Counted from the first letter of the stretch, positions 1-10,080 are shown. The stretch is DNA of 58,153 nucleotides from Aquificaceae bacterium (GCA_039630345.1 JBCNVD010000035.1:1-58153); one strand, 5' to 3'. Made by a program: numbers and translations. Notes: generated by a model not told the origin, from the sequence alone.

Positions 1-2
1 CA

Positions 3-464
3 AATTTTGTAAGAGAGAGAGAAAACAACCCTTTTTTGATAGATTTTGAACTTCTTGCAGACAGGGCAAAAAAAGTGCGTCAGTATTCTTCAAAGATTGA
101 GTTTGTCCTATCTCAGGGCAAAGAGGAGTTTTGCAAAAATCCCATGTATTTTGACAGGGCAAGGTATTTTTATTTTGTGGTTTTTGATAGTTTATTTGAT
201 ATTTGCAAGCACATGGCAAACAGACTCGGGGTAAAAAAACTAAATCACGACTGCTTTAGCTCTCTGATCGAAATCGGGGTTTTACCCAAAGAGCTTTTGG
301 AAGTAACTTCTAAAATGCTAAATCTTAAAGACAAACTCTCCTCAAGCTGGGAAATCAAACAGGAAGAGCTATACAGCTCGCTTTCTGAGCTTTTACCACA
401 CTTTGAAGAGGTTTTAAAATCTCACTCTCACGGACTTAAAAAAGCGCTTATAATTCAAAAGTGA
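3..464 (+). CDS. HepT/DUF86-like (HEPN) domain protein, 5'-truncated by the window edge
   Basis: Frame is open from position 3 (NFVRERENNPF-LIDF...). Helical DUF86-like pattern (FDICKH...L.E.GVLP.EL); no RX4-6H motif. Confidence 0.55.
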   Translation, partial: NFVRERENNPFLIDFELLADRAKKVRQYSSKIEFVLSQGKEEFCKNPMYFDRARYFYFVVFDSLFDICKHMANRLGVKKLNHDCFSSLIEIGVLPKELLEVTSKMLNLKDKLSSSWEIKQEELYSSLSELLPHFEEVLKSHSHGLKKALIIQK

Positions 465-1105
465 CAATAGCGGTTTTGGTATCAGGCAGAGGTAGTAACC
501 TTCAGGCTATCATAGACGCAATAGAGTCCAAAAAGCTAAAGGCCAAAATCGAGATAGTTATCTCAGATAGAGAAGCGCCTGCAATCGATAGGTGCAAACG
601 CCACAATATCAAAAACCTGATAATCAAACCCTCTGACTTTAACTCAAGAGAAGATTACGAAGAGGCTCTAGTAGAAACTCTCAGTGGTGAAAAAATACAG
701 CTTGTCGTGCTGGCAGGTTTTATGAGAGTACTTGGCGAGAGGTTTTTAAAAGCCTTTAGCTTAAAAGCAATAAACATCCATCCTGCCATTACGCCTGCGT
801 TTCCCGGTATAAGAGCCCAAAAAAAGGCGCTTGAGTTTGGCGCTTTAATAACCGGCTGTAGCGTCCATTTTATTCAGAAAGAGGTTGATATGGGTCCTGT
901 CATAATCCAGGCCTGCGTAGCGATTGAGCCACAAGATAGCGAAGAGAGTCTGTCTCAAAAAATTTTAAATCTCGAGCATAGATGCTTATTGCAGGCTATA
1001 AGCTGGATTTTAGCAGGAAGGGTAGAGATAGAGGGAAGAAAAGTCCTTGTAAAAGGCGCAAAATACGGCACTTTGCCGTTTAACCCAGCCTTAGAGGAGT
1101 TTTAA
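461..1105 (+). CDS. purN: phosphoribosylglycinamide formyltransferase
   Basis: VLVSGRGSNLQAI, LAGFMRVL, NIHP, GCSVHF, VDMGPVI motifs. Confidence 0.97.
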   Translation: MTIAVLVSGRGSNLQAIIDAIESKKLKAKIEIVISDREAPAIDRCKRHNIKNLIIKPSDFNSREDYEEALVETLSGEKIQLVVLAGFMRVLGERFLKAFSLKAINIHPAITPAFPGIRAQKKALEFGALITGCSVHFIQKEVDMGPVIIQACVAIEPQDSEESLSQKILNLEHRCLLQAISWILAGRVEIEGRKVLVKGAKYGTLPFNPALEEF

Positions 1106-2490
1106 TGAAGACTCTGGAGCTTATATCAGAAAAGTTTGTCGCAGACACTGAAACAGCACTTTCACTCTATTTAAAACTTAGAAAAAGCTGGAAGTATAGC
1201 GCGCTATTAGAGAGCGCTCAAAACACCGGAAGCTGGGGAAGGTATTCCTTTCTCGCCTTTGGCGAAAAATCCATAAAAGACTCAAAAAAACCACTTGAGA
1301 CTTTGCAAGAGACTCTCAAAGACATAACCATTCAGGAAACTTTTCACAAATTTCCGGGCGGGCTTGTAGGCTTTTGCACATATGAAACCGCGACCCACTA
1401 TGCAAAAGTCAAAAGACCCAAGGATCAACTATACGATTGTGAAGATATCTTTTTCTTCCTAACTGACCTAGTAGTAATTTATGACAATTTTAGCTCTACC
1501 ATAGAGATAATAGCTACGACAGAAGACACCAAAAGAGCAAAAGAAATCATCAAAAATGTCAAAGAGACGATATTTAAAACCCCGGTCAGACCGGCGGAAA
1601 TTCCGCTACATTCTTTAAAAGAGCTTTCCTTTGACTCAAGCATCACAGACGAGGAATTTATAAAAACAGTCAAGATAGCAAAAGAATACATCAAAGAAGG
1701 CGACATCATTCAGGTGGTTCTCTCAAGGGCTTTTTACATAAACAGAGAAATAAACCCCCTTAATCTCTATAGAGCTTTAAGGCACATAAATCCTTCGCCT
1801 TACATGTTTTTCCTAGAGCTTGAAGATATAACCCTTGTTGGCTCATCACCTGAAGCTTTGGTAAAATTGGAAAACAAAAAAGCCTACACAAGACCCATTG
1901 CAGGAACTCGCCCAAGAGGAAAAGATGACTTAGAAGATAGAGAGCTAGAAGAGGAGCTCTTAAAAGACCCCAAAGAGAAGGCAGAGCATGTTATGCTCGT
2001 AGACCTTGCTCGCAACGACCTATCAAGAGTTTGCACCCCAGGGAGCATCAAAGTCTCCTCTCTTATGCACATAGAGAAGTTTTCCCATGTTATGCATCTT
2101 GTAAGCGATGTAGAAGGAGTATTAAAAGAGGAAATCTCGCCCCCGGAGGTTTTAAAGGTGATGCTCCCTGCAGGAACTGTCTCAGGAGCCCCAAAAGTAA
2201 GGGCTATGCAAATAATCAGCGAGCTTGAGCCTCACAAAAGGGGAATATACGCAGGTGCAGTTGGATACATATCTTTTAACCGCAATATGGATATGGCAAT
2301 AGCCATTCGCACCGCAATAATTAAAGAAGGCAGCGTTTTCATTCAGGCAGGCGCGGGCATAGTCGCCGATTCTTTGCCAGAGAGAGAGCTTAGAGAAATT
2401 CATAGCAAAGCAGGTGCGATTATGAAAGCTATAAAGATTGCCATGTCAGTCAATGTAGAGGCTGAAAGGGCGTATGCCAAAGAGTTTTAA
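1105..2490 (+). CDS. trpE: anthranilate synthase component I
   Basis: LLES, NPSPYM, RPIAGTRPRG, EHVMLVDLARND, PAGTVSGAPK, AIAIRT motifs. Confidence 0.9.
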   Translation: MKTLELISEKFVADTETALSLYLKLRKSWKYSALLESAQNTGSWGRYSFLAFGEKSIKDSKKPLETLQETLKDITIQETFHKFPGGLVGFCTYETATHYAKVKRPKDQLYDCEDIFFFLTDLVVIYDNFSSTIEIIATTEDTKRAKEIIKNVKETIFKTPVRPAEIPLHSLKELSFDSSITDEEFIKTVKIAKEYIKEGDIIQVVLSRAFYINREINPLNLYRALRHINPSPYMFFLELEDITLVGSSPEALVKLENKKAYTRPIAGTRPRGKDDLEDRELEEELLKDPKEKAEHVMLVDLARNDLSRVCTPGSIKVSSLMHIEKFSHVMHLVSDVEGVLKEEISPPEVLKVMLPAGTVSGAPKVRAMQIISELEPHKRGIYAGAVGYISFNRNMDMAIAIRTAIIKEGSVFIQAGAGIVADSLPERELREIHSKAGAIMKAIKIAMSVNVEAERAYAKEF

Positions 2491-2952
2491 AACCTCTCTT
2501 CTTAACAGGTCTTTATAAAGTTCAGGAGAATCTCTAAAGGCGCTAAAGGTTTTAATAATCGATGCTCTCTTTTTTTCATCCAGTTTTTTAAATAACTCCA
2601 TGGCAAGTTTTTTTTCAAGTTCTATTAAAAATTTTTCCGCCTTTTCCTCATCTGATGGTTCAAAAGATTCAGGGTTTAAACCAACTGAAATCGCATATTC
2701 TAGCTTTTTTTCAAATCTTTCCCGCCAGAAAGGTAAGCCTCTTCTCATCTTAAGAAGGTTTTTATAACAAAGGTATATAGGCACTTTTGAGCGCCTCTTT
2801 TCTGGCTGAGAGGCTAAAAATTCAGAAACAGCCTCAAATACATCCTGAGGTGAATAACCTTCTTCAATTGCACGGTTTATAAACCACTCTTCGCGAGGTG
2901 ACAAAAACGCAATGCCTTTGAGAGTTTTTATCTTATTTATTAGCTCTTCCAA
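2446..2952 (-). CDS. hypothetical protein (168 aa)
   Basis: Protein-like ORF whose start overlaps the trm1 stop region; no recognised motif. Confidence 0.7.
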   Translation of the reverse strand: MEELINKIKTLKGIAFLSPREEWFINRAIEEGYSPQDVFEAVSEFLASQPEKRRSKVPIYLCYKNLLKMRRGLPFWRERFEKKLEYAISVGLNPESFEPSDEEKAEKFLIELEKKLAMELFKKLDEKKRASIIKTFSAFRDSPELYKDLLRREVLKLFGIRPFSLYID

Positions 2953-4043
2953 CTGCTTAGTCTCCTTATTATCTCAATGGGGCTTAAATCTGTTCTTAGA
3001 CCCTGAGGGTGCATGTGGGTCTTGACCCCTTCTAAAGTATCAAGAGCCCACTTAAGTGGCGGGGGCTTTGGGATCTTTAGCCTTTTGCAAAGCGCAGGAA
3101 TTGTGTAAAACCAGGCAGAACTCTTTTGAGATTCAAGCTCCAGAGTCTTTAAGAGCCTTAAGGTCTCTTCAGAAAGCGTAAGAACAGAGCTCTCCATAGA
3201 TAGAAATTCTCTATCGGACAGAGGTCCAATCCACAAAGGCCCGCAAATTCTAAGGTGGGAAGAGCAAACAGGGCAATGAGTATAAAGCTCTTCGAGTCTG
3301 GCGCTGGCCCTATAGATGCAAGAGGGACAAAATAGAATGTATCCGATGTTTTTAATTTGCGCGATAGCGCGCTTTGAGCCAATATCTTTAATAAAAAAAG
3401 CTCTCATATAGTGAAGGTGGGAATAGGATAGGATGGGTCTAAGTGAAAAATCGAGCTTTGCACCCTCTTCCACAACTTTTTTTATTAAAATCCTTAGCCC
3501 TATTTCGTGATAAAACTCAGCATCAAGCAAAGGAGAAGAGCCGTATCTTATCTGGCATGTTTCCGGATATGTGCCTGAGAGCACCGAGGTATCCGTTGCG
3601 GAAATTGCCAAAATTCCGTATCTATTTAAAGAATTTATAGCGCCATTTAAAAACCCAACAGGGGAGCCAAACGGGTCAATATCAACATAATCAAGTCCTC
3701 TTAGTTGACATAGCAAAGAGCTTGCATCGTTGCAGTAAATCTTAACAGGGGCATTATTTAAACCATTTAAAAATAGCATTTTCCTGAAAAATTCACAGGC
3801 TTTTGGGTCTATGTCGTTGTAGATAAGCTCTTTTATGTTGCCAAGTTCTAGAAGCATCCTGAGGCTTCTTATACCGCTTGCGCCAAGAGGGTCGCAAACT
3901 CTTAAATCTTTCCTAATTTTTGAAAGCAGGAAGATAGTTATGTCTCTATTTGTTCGCATCTTTGGATTGTAAAAAACTTCCATTTTTGAAGAAACTATCT
4001 GAGGAACATCTATATCTAAAATTGCTTTTCCTTCTTTTATCAG
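2940..4043 (-). CDS. trm1: tRNA (guanine-26/27 N2,N2)-dimethyltransferase Trm1; probable CTG start at 4043 (first ATG at 3983)
   Basis: VFYNP.M..NRD, DPLGASGIR, DIDPFGSP, ATD...LSG, E.GLRIL, CxxC..CxxC zinc site, GPLWIG. Confidence 0.93.
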   Translation of the reverse strand: MIKEGKAILDIDVPQIVSSKMEVFYNPKMRTNRDITIFLLSKIRKDLRVCDPLGASGIRSLRMLLELGNIKELIYNDIDPKACEFFRKMLFLNGLNNAPVKIYCNDASSLLCQLRGLDYVDIDPFGSPVGFLNGAINSLNRYGILAISATDTSVLSGTYPETCQIRYGSSPLLDAEFYHEIGLRILIKKVVEEGAKLDFSLRPILSYSHLHYMRAFFIKDIGSKRAIAQIKNIGYILFCPSCIYRASARLEELYTHCPVCSSHLRICGPLWIGPLSDREFLSMESSVLTLSEETLRLLKTLELESQKSSAWFYTIPALCKRLKIPKPPPLKWALDTLEGVKTHMHPQGLRTDLSPIEIIRRLSSWKS

Positions 4044-5185
4044 GATGTAAAAATCCCCTCTCTATGTTGCATTCTTTCAAGAACTCTGGTTTTAAAGCTC
4101 TCAAAGGTGTTTGAAATTATAGCTTCTCTGGCGCTGTCCATAAGGCGCTTGTAAAAGTAAAGGTTGTGAATGGTTGCTAAAACGTAAGCGGTTATCTCCT
4201 CTGCCTGAAATAGATGCCTTAAATAAGCCCTTGAGAAGTTTTTGCATGTATAACAATCGCAAAGGGTATCTACAGGTCTTTCATCGCGCGCAAAGACCGA
4301 GTTTTTTATATTAAGCCTTCCAAAACTCGTAAACAAAGTCCCGGTGCGAGCCATTCTGGTAGGCGCTACGCAATCAAACATATCAATCCCGAGCGCGACG
4401 GCCTTTAGAACATCCTCAGGCATCCCAACGCCCATAAGATACCTTGGTCTATCAAAGGGTAAAATCTCACAGCTTAATGATACCATCTCGAGCATCTCTT
4501 CCTGAGACTCTCCCACCGATAAACCCCCTATGGCATAGCCAGGAAGATTTCTCTCTATAGTCATAAGCGCGCTTTCGCGCCTTAAATCCCCAAAAACGCC
4601 CCCCTGAACAATTCCAAAAAGCGCCTGAGAGGGGCTAAGCTCGACACTAAGGCTTCTATCAAGCCATCTTATGGTTTTTTCAAGCGCCTCTTTTACCAAA
4701 GCCTTATCAGCCCCATACTCTATGCAAACATCAAGGGGCATAACAATCTCAGATCCAAAGACCTTTTGCATATGGATGACTCTCTCCGGGGTAAAGAGGT
4801 GCAAATCACCCGCAAGATGGTCGCGAAACTCAACCCCCTCTTCTAGAACTTTTACTCTCGATTCAAAACCGCGCCTTTTGCGCGAAAGAGAAAAGACCTG
4901 AAAGCCCCCGCTATCTGTCAAAATAGCCCCTTCAAAACCTATAAACTTATGAAGCCCTCCGAAAGAGCCTATAATCTCAAGCCCGGGCCTTAGATAAAGA
5001 TGGTAAGTGTTGGCAAGGATTATTCTAAAGTCTATTTCCTTAATTTCTTTCCAAGTTAAAGCCTTGATAGTGCCCTGAGTGCCAACAGGCATAAAAACGG
5101 GGGTTTTTATCTCACCCCTTGAGGTTTTTAAAACCCCCGCACGCGCAAGAGAGCTCGTTGCTTCTAACTTAAAGTCTATTCCCAA
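4040..5185 (-). CDS. tgt: queuine tRNA-ribosyltransferase
   Basis: TPVFMPVGT, ILANTYHL, TDSGGFQVFSL, GIVQGG, PRYLMGVG, CDCYTC zinc motif. Confidence 0.98.
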   Translation of the reverse strand: MGIDFKLEATSSLARAGVLKTSRGEIKTPVFMPVGTQGTIKALTWKEIKEIDFRIILANTYHLYLRPGLEIIGSFGGLHKFIGFEGAILTDSGGFQVFSLSRKRRGFESRVKVLEEGVEFRDHLAGDLHLFTPERVIHMQKVFGSEIVMPLDVCIEYGADKALVKEALEKTIRWLDRSLSVELSPSQALFGIVQGGVFGDLRRESALMTIERNLPGYAIGGLSVGESQEEMLEMVSLSCEILPFDRPRYLMGVGMPEDVLKAVALGIDMFDCVAPTRMARTGTLFTSFGRLNIKNSVFARDERPVDTLCDCYTCKNFSRAYLRHLFQAEEITAYVLATIHNLYFYKRLMDSAREAIISNTFESFKTRVLERMQHREGIFTS

Positions 5186-5187
5186 TA

Positions 5188-5442
5188 TCAGGAGAAGTTA
5201 AAGGGCATTTCCATATTTATGTCTTTGACCTGTGTAATTTCCGGAAAGCGAGATTTAAGGACTCTTTCGATGCCCGCCTTGAGGGTAAGAACGGACATGC
5301 CACAGCCAGAGCAAGCACCGACCATCCTCACAAGCACCGTGCCGTCTTCTTTGATGTCAATTAACTCAACATCGCCCCCGTCAAAGCGAAGGGCAGGGCG
5401 AACCTCGTCAAGCACTGCTTCAATCTCTTCTCTTTTGGGCAT
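5188..5442 (-). CDS. NifU-C/Nfu family Fe-S cluster carrier
   Basis: VRPAL..DGGDVEL, GACSGC, TLKAGIE; GGAGG ribosome-binding site. Confidence 0.92.
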   Translation of the reverse strand: MPKREEIEAVLDEVRPALRFDGGDVELIDIKEDGTVLVRMVGACSGCGMSVLTLKAGIERVLKSRFPEITQVKDINMEMPFNFS

Positions 5443-5476
5443 TTTAAAACCTCCTGCATATTAAAATTTAACCCAC

Positions 5477-5959
5477 TTGGACGAAGTGGTAATAGGCAAG
5501 GTAATATCTACCTTTGGGCTTGAGGGCGAGATAAAGGTCTTGCCCTATTTGCCTCCTAAAAAGTGGCGCGCGATAGCGCGCGTTTTTTTTAAAAGGAAAA
5601 ACACGGGAGAGTTAGTCGGCTTTGATGTTTTAAAAGTTAAAAGAGCGGGAAAAGGGATTGCACTCAAACTAAAAGGTGTTGATAGAGCCCAGGATTTTGT
5701 TGGGGCAAAGGTCTTTGCGCTTGCCAAAGACATCCCAAGAGACAAAGGGGAATATTTTGCCTTTGAGCTTGAAGGGCTTGAGGTTCTAACAGAGAGCGGA
5801 AAACTGGTTGGAAAGATAAACTCCATAGTTGACGGAAAGGTCTATTCTTTTCTTGAAGTTAATGAGATGCTGATTCCTTTTATTGATAGATTCGTAAAAG
5901 ACATTGATTTAGTATCAAAAAAGGTAATCATCAGCAAAGACCTTGAGGAAATACTATGA
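5477..5959 (+). CDS. rimM: ribosome maturation factor RimM
   Basis: IGKV...FGLEGEIKV, EYF..ELEGLEV, LIPFI..FVK.ID. Confidence 0.93.
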   Translation: MDEVVIGKVISTFGLEGEIKVLPYLPPKKWRAIARVFFKRKNTGELVGFDVLKVKRAGKGIALKLKGVDRAQDFVGAKVFALAKDIPRDKGEYFAFELEGLEVLTESGKLVGKINSIVDGKVYSFLEVNEMLIPFIDRFVKDIDLVSKKVIISKDLEEIL

Positions 5960-7863
5960 TAGAGTATGGATTTTCGCTCTTTAGCGACTATGATATTTAT
6001 CTTTTTAGAAAAGGCTCTCACACAAGGCTTTATAAAAAGTTTGGATGTCATCTTTTTGAAAGCGGGGCTTACTTTGCCCTCTGGGCTCCTAACGCAAGAG
6101 AGGTCTATGTATTTGGGGACTTTAATGGCTGGGATAAGTTCTCTTTACCACTTAAAAAGAGAGAAGACGGCTCTGGAATATGGGAAGGGTTTGTAAAAGG
6201 AGTTAAGGAGTTTGACAAGTATAAGTTTTACATAAAAGGCGGTTGGGGATACGAAGGGGAAAGGGCAGACCCTTTTGGCTTCTGGCACGAAGGGCCCCCG
6301 GGAAATGCTTCGTTGGTAAAGAGCTTAAGCTATAGCTGGCAAGATAGCGACTGGATGGAAAAAAGAGCCTTTAAAAACTTAAGAGAAGAACCCCTTAGCA
6401 TCTATGAGGTTCACCTAGGCTCCTGGAAAAGACAAAACGGGCGATTTTTAAATTACAGAGAGCTAGCTATAGAGCTCGCAAGCTACTTAAAAGATATGGG
6501 CTTTACGCACATTGAGCTTATGCCCGTTATGGAGCATCCTTTTTATGGCTCCTGGGGGTATCAAATAACCGGCTACTTTGCGCCAACCTCTCGCTACGGA
6601 ACTCCTCAGGATTTTATGTTTTTCGTTGATTATATGCATAAAGAAGGCATAGGGGTGATTTTAGACTGGGTTCCTTCGCACTTTGCGACAGATATGCATG
6701 CGCTGGCTTTTTTCGATGGCGGGTGTTTGTATGAATACCTTGATTGGCGAAAGGGCTGGCATCCAGACTGGAAAAGTCTGGTCTTTGACTATGGAAGAGC
6801 GGAAGTGAGGTCGTTTTTACTAAGTTCTGCGCATTTTTGGCTGGATGTTTACCACATAGACGCTCTTAGGGTTGATGCAGTTGCGAGTATGCTCTATCTT
6901 GACTATTCAAGAAAAGAGTGGATTCCAAATGTCTTTGGCGGTAAGGAAAATCTGGAAGCTATAGAGTTTATAAAAGAGCTAAATGAATCGGTTTACAAAG
7001 ACTTTAAAGGCATAGAGACCATAGCGGAAGAATCCACCGCCTTTCCAATGGTTAGCAGACCCGTATACCTTGGGGGTCTTGGATTTGGCTTTAAGTGGAA
7101 CATGGGCTGGATGCATGACACTCTAAGGTATTTCTCAAGAGACCCAATTTATAGAAAATACCATCAAAACGAGATTACCTTCAGCATATGGTATGCGTTT
7201 TACGAAAACTTTATATTGCCACTCTCTCACGACGAAGTGGTGCATGGAAAGGGCTCTTTGATAAGTAAAATGCCCGGAGACTATTGGCAAAAGTTTGCAA
7301 ATTTGAGGCTTTTATACACGTATATGTGGACTCATCCCGGGAAAAAGCTCCTGTTTATGGGAGGGGAAATTGCCCAGTTTGACGAGTGGAATCACGAAAA
7401 CTCTATCCAGTGGCATCTTCTTGAATTTGATATGCATAGAGGTATCAAAAGACTTGTCAAAGATCTAAATATGCTCTATTGCTCTTACAGGGCTTTTTAC
7501 GAACTTGATTGCGAAAGCGAGGGCTTTGAATGGGTTGACTTTGCAGATGTTGATTCGAGCATAGTTTCTTACCTAAGAAGGTCAAAAGACGGCTCTTTGG
7601 CGCTGGTGGTTCTAAATTTTACCCCCGTGCCAAGATTTAACTATAAAGTCGGCGTCCCAAAAGGTGGCGAATGGATTGAGGTCTTTAATAGCGACTCAGA
7701 ACACTATGGCGGAACTAACCTCGGAAATTTCGGCAAGGTTCTGGCAATAGACGAAAGCTGGCACTACAGAGACCATCACCTTGTTTTAACCTTGCCACCG
7801 CTTGCAGGAGTTGTGCTTATACCGAAAGACGCTCAAGCTCACGCTTTTTCAAAATCTCAATAA
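5956..7863 (+). CDS. glgB: 1,4-alpha-glucan branching enzyme
   Basis: WAPNA, IYEVHLGSW, SWGYQ, LRVDAVASMLY, AEEST, LSHDEVVHGK. Confidence 0.97.
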   Translation: MIEYGFSLFSDYDIYLFRKGSHTRLYKKFGCHLFESGAYFALWAPNAREVYVFGDFNGWDKFSLPLKKREDGSGIWEGFVKGVKEFDKYKFYIKGGWGYEGERADPFGFWHEGPPGNASLVKSLSYSWQDSDWMEKRAFKNLREEPLSIYEVHLGSWKRQNGRFLNYRELAIELASYLKDMGFTHIELMPVMEHPFYGSWGYQITGYFAPTSRYGTPQDFMFFVDYMHKEGIGVILDWVPSHFATDMHALAFFDGGCLYEYLDWRKGWHPDWKSLVFDYGRAEVRSFLLSSAHFWLDVYHIDALRVDAVASMLYLDYSRKEWIPNVFGGKENLEAIEFIKELNESVYKDFKGIETIAEESTAFPMVSRPVYLGGLGFGFKWNMGWMHDTLRYFSRDPIYRKYHQNEITFSIWYAFYENFILPLSHDEVVHGKGSLISKMPGDYWQKFANLRLLYTYMWTHPGKKLLFMGGEIAQFDEWNHENSIQWHLLEFDMHRGIKRLVKDLNMLYCSYRAFYELDCESEGFEWVDFADVDSSIVSYLRRSKDGSLALVVLNFTPVPRFNYKVGVPKGGEWIEVFNSDSEHYGGTNLGNFGKVLAIDESWHYRDHHLVLTLPPLAGVVLIPKDAQAHAFSKSQ

Positions 7864-8515
7864 ACCCGCGCTCTGTGTTTATTATCCCTAGTTTTTTCCA
7901 CCTGCTCATGACCCTTATGGTGGTCTCTACAGTTGTTCCTGTCATCTCGGCAATATCAAGGCGGGTCAGAGGCGCTTCTATAACTATGCTGCCCTGAACT
8001 GATTTGCCTATCCTGTTTGCAATCTCTATAAGGACTCTTGCTATGCGTTCCTCGACCTTTCCGCCTGCTATGCTTTTGAGAGTTTCATAAGTTTGTAGTA
8101 AAAGCGTGGTGGTTTCACAAACCATCTTTACGCCAATAGCGGGCAACTTTACCGCAAGAGATATAAAATCAGCGTTTGAGATATAAAGGGTCTTGCTCTC
8201 TATCATCGCCTTTGCACAGTAGGTATTTTTAGGATGCTTTTTGCCAAACTCTATCCACCCAAAGATGTCCTTTGGATAAACAAGTCTTACTATAACCATC
8301 TTTGCATCGTTGGTTTCTTTAAGGAGCTTTATAAGACCACTAAGCAGGATATAAATTCCGGGTTCTGCCTCTTCTTCAAAAAACAGATACTCGTTTTTCC
8401 CAAAGTCTTTAAACTTTGCAAACTTTGATATTTCTTTGAGTTCTTCTTCAGGAAGGTCTGAAAATAAAGGGATCTGAGATAGTATCTCAACTTTAGAATC
8501 TATTCTAAGCGTCAT
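7817..8515 (-). CDS. Crp/Fnr family transcriptional regulator (DNR/NnrR-like, no FNR Cys cluster)
   Basis: cNMP-binding domain followed by the HTH LTRLDIAEMTGTTVETTIR. Confidence 0.92.
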   Translation of the reverse strand: MTLRIDSKVEILSQIPLFSDLPEEELKEISKFAKFKDFGKNEYLFFEEEAEPGIYILLSGLIKLLKETNDAKMVIVRLVYPKDIFGWIEFGKKHPKNTYCAKAMIESKTLYISNADFISLAVKLPAIGVKMVCETTTLLLQTYETLKSIAGGKVEERIARVLIEIANRIGKSVQGSIVIEAPLTRLDIAEMTGTTVETTIRVMSRWKKLGIINTERGFIEILKKRELERLSV

Positions 8516-8554
8516 AAATGCCTCCTGAGGGTCATAATTAATTTAAGATAAAAC

Positions 8555-10054
8555 TCAAGGAAGTGGAAGTCTAAGCGTTCCGAGGAGATACTTAAGGTCA
8601 TTGTCGGTGAATAAAACGCCCGCAGAGCCATAAGGACCTCTAAGGTTTTTATTGAGAATTTCATCAGCGCCGACTCTTACAAAAACAGGACCGTAAATTC
8701 TATATCGCAAAGACATCTGAAGGTTTGGTCTTATGTCCTTACCTTTAAGGTCTTTTCTGCCAAAGTCAAATAAATCAGCGCTAAGAGCAAGTTTGCTCCC
8801 AAAGCTCAAATCCGCACCAACTCCGCCAGAGGACTCTTTAAGACCCGCACGAAGGGTCAGAGCTCTATCCATGTGGTGAAAGCTCCTTGCATACTGCGCG
8901 GTTATCTCAGGACGAAACTCTCTTTTTATAATCTGGCGGTCTTCCACCCTCTGTTGTTTGATAGAGCCTCTAGAATCCCCAACTATCTCAAGAAGGTAGT
9001 ATTTATCTCTGTTTGGCTGGATTTTAAAAGAGAGAATGCCTTTGGTGCCCCCGCTTTCATATAGTTCTGTCGCAAAACCCAGATACAGATTGGTCTGCTC
9101 GGCTAAATCACCCGCGCGCCTAAGAGCTCTGGTGCCAGAGACGATGTTTTTATAAACCTCTTCGTCTTTGAGGAGTTTCCCGATTGTCCCTTCACCTCTT
9201 TCAATTCTCTGGGTAATTTCGCTTATGGAGCGGGTTATATTTGAAATATTTTCTCTATTTTGATCAAGAGTTTGATTGAGATTTACAGAAAGAGCGTTAA
9301 GATTTTTAGTAAGCTCTGGAAGAGTAGACCTAAGTTCCTGAGATATTACTTTTAAATTTGCAATCGTTTCTTTTATGTCAGCTCTGTTTTCGCTAGCGCT
9401 TGCCTCAAGCTGTGCGGTAAGTTTTTCAATATTTTCAAGGGTTTTGGGAAGGCTTTTATTTAAAGCAGTTGTAATCGCAGTCAGGTTTTGAATTGTGAGG
9501 TTGATGTTTTGGCGATTCTCCTCGGAGATTTCGCTGAGAGTTTTTGTAAGCACCTGAAGGTTTTGCAAAGTTAGCCTAAGACTCTCTCTATTTTCCTCAA
9601 GAAGTGCATTCAGGCTCTTGGTCGTCACTATAGCCTCTCTTACAAGAGAGTCTATATCAGAGCTCTCTTTGGTTATTAAAATCCTGGAAGAGGGAGAGAG
9701 CTCTCCGAAAGATGGGCTTCCGGGGTCTATATCAAGATACTTATCGCCCAAAAGCCCAAGAGTTCCAATCTGAGCACTGGCATTTTTAAAAAGCTTTACA
9801 TCACCTGATATCTCAAAGCTAACCAAAACCCCGTCTTCTGTGAGGGTTAAAGACCTTACCCTACCTGCTTTTATGCCCGCAACTCTTACCTCTGCGCCCT
9901 TTGAGAGCCCGCTGACATTTTTAAAAACTACCTGATACTCCTTGCCCCTGGCCATAAATGGTCTAAACTCACCAAATAACAAACTAAGGATTGCAAAAGC
10001 AAAAGAGGCAAGTAAGACCAAAGCCCCTACTTTTGCTTGAGGAGATAAAGTCAT
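8555..10054 (-). CDS. MlaD/MCE family protein with long coiled coil
   Basis: N-terminal TM (KVG), GL..GA.VRVAG...G.V, GLLGDKY..I.PG, GEGTIGKLL.D. Confidence 0.9.
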   Translation of the reverse strand: MTLSPQAKVGALVLLASFAFAILSLLFGEFRPFMARGKEYQVVFKNVSGLSKGAEVRVAGIKAGRVRSLTLTEDGVLVSFEISGDVKLFKNASAQIGTLGLLGDKYLDIDPGSPSFGELSPSSRILITKESSDIDSLVREAIVTTKSLNALLEENRESLRLTLQNLQVLTKTLSEISEENRQNINLTIQNLTAITTALNKSLPKTLENIEKLTAQLEASASENRADIKETIANLKVISQELRSTLPELTKNLNALSVNLNQTLDQNRENISNITRSISEITQRIERGEGTIGKLLKDEEVYKNIVSGTRALRRAGDLAEQTNLYLGFATELYESGGTKGILSFKIQPNRDKYYLLEIVGDSRGSIKQQRVEDRQIIKREFRPEITAQYARSFHHMDRALTLRAGLKESSGGVGADLSFGSKLALSADLFDFGRKDLKGKDIRPNLQMSLRYRIYGPVFVRVGADEILNKNLRGPYGSAGVLFTDNDLKYLLGTLRLPLP

Positions 10055-10080
10055 GGATTAATTATATTATTTATTTTATT

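Noticed and set aside
9991..10080. N-terminal extension of gltX given by the ORF track
   Set aside because: It overlaps the divergent mlaD start; homology begins at MIRARFAPSPTG (10081).
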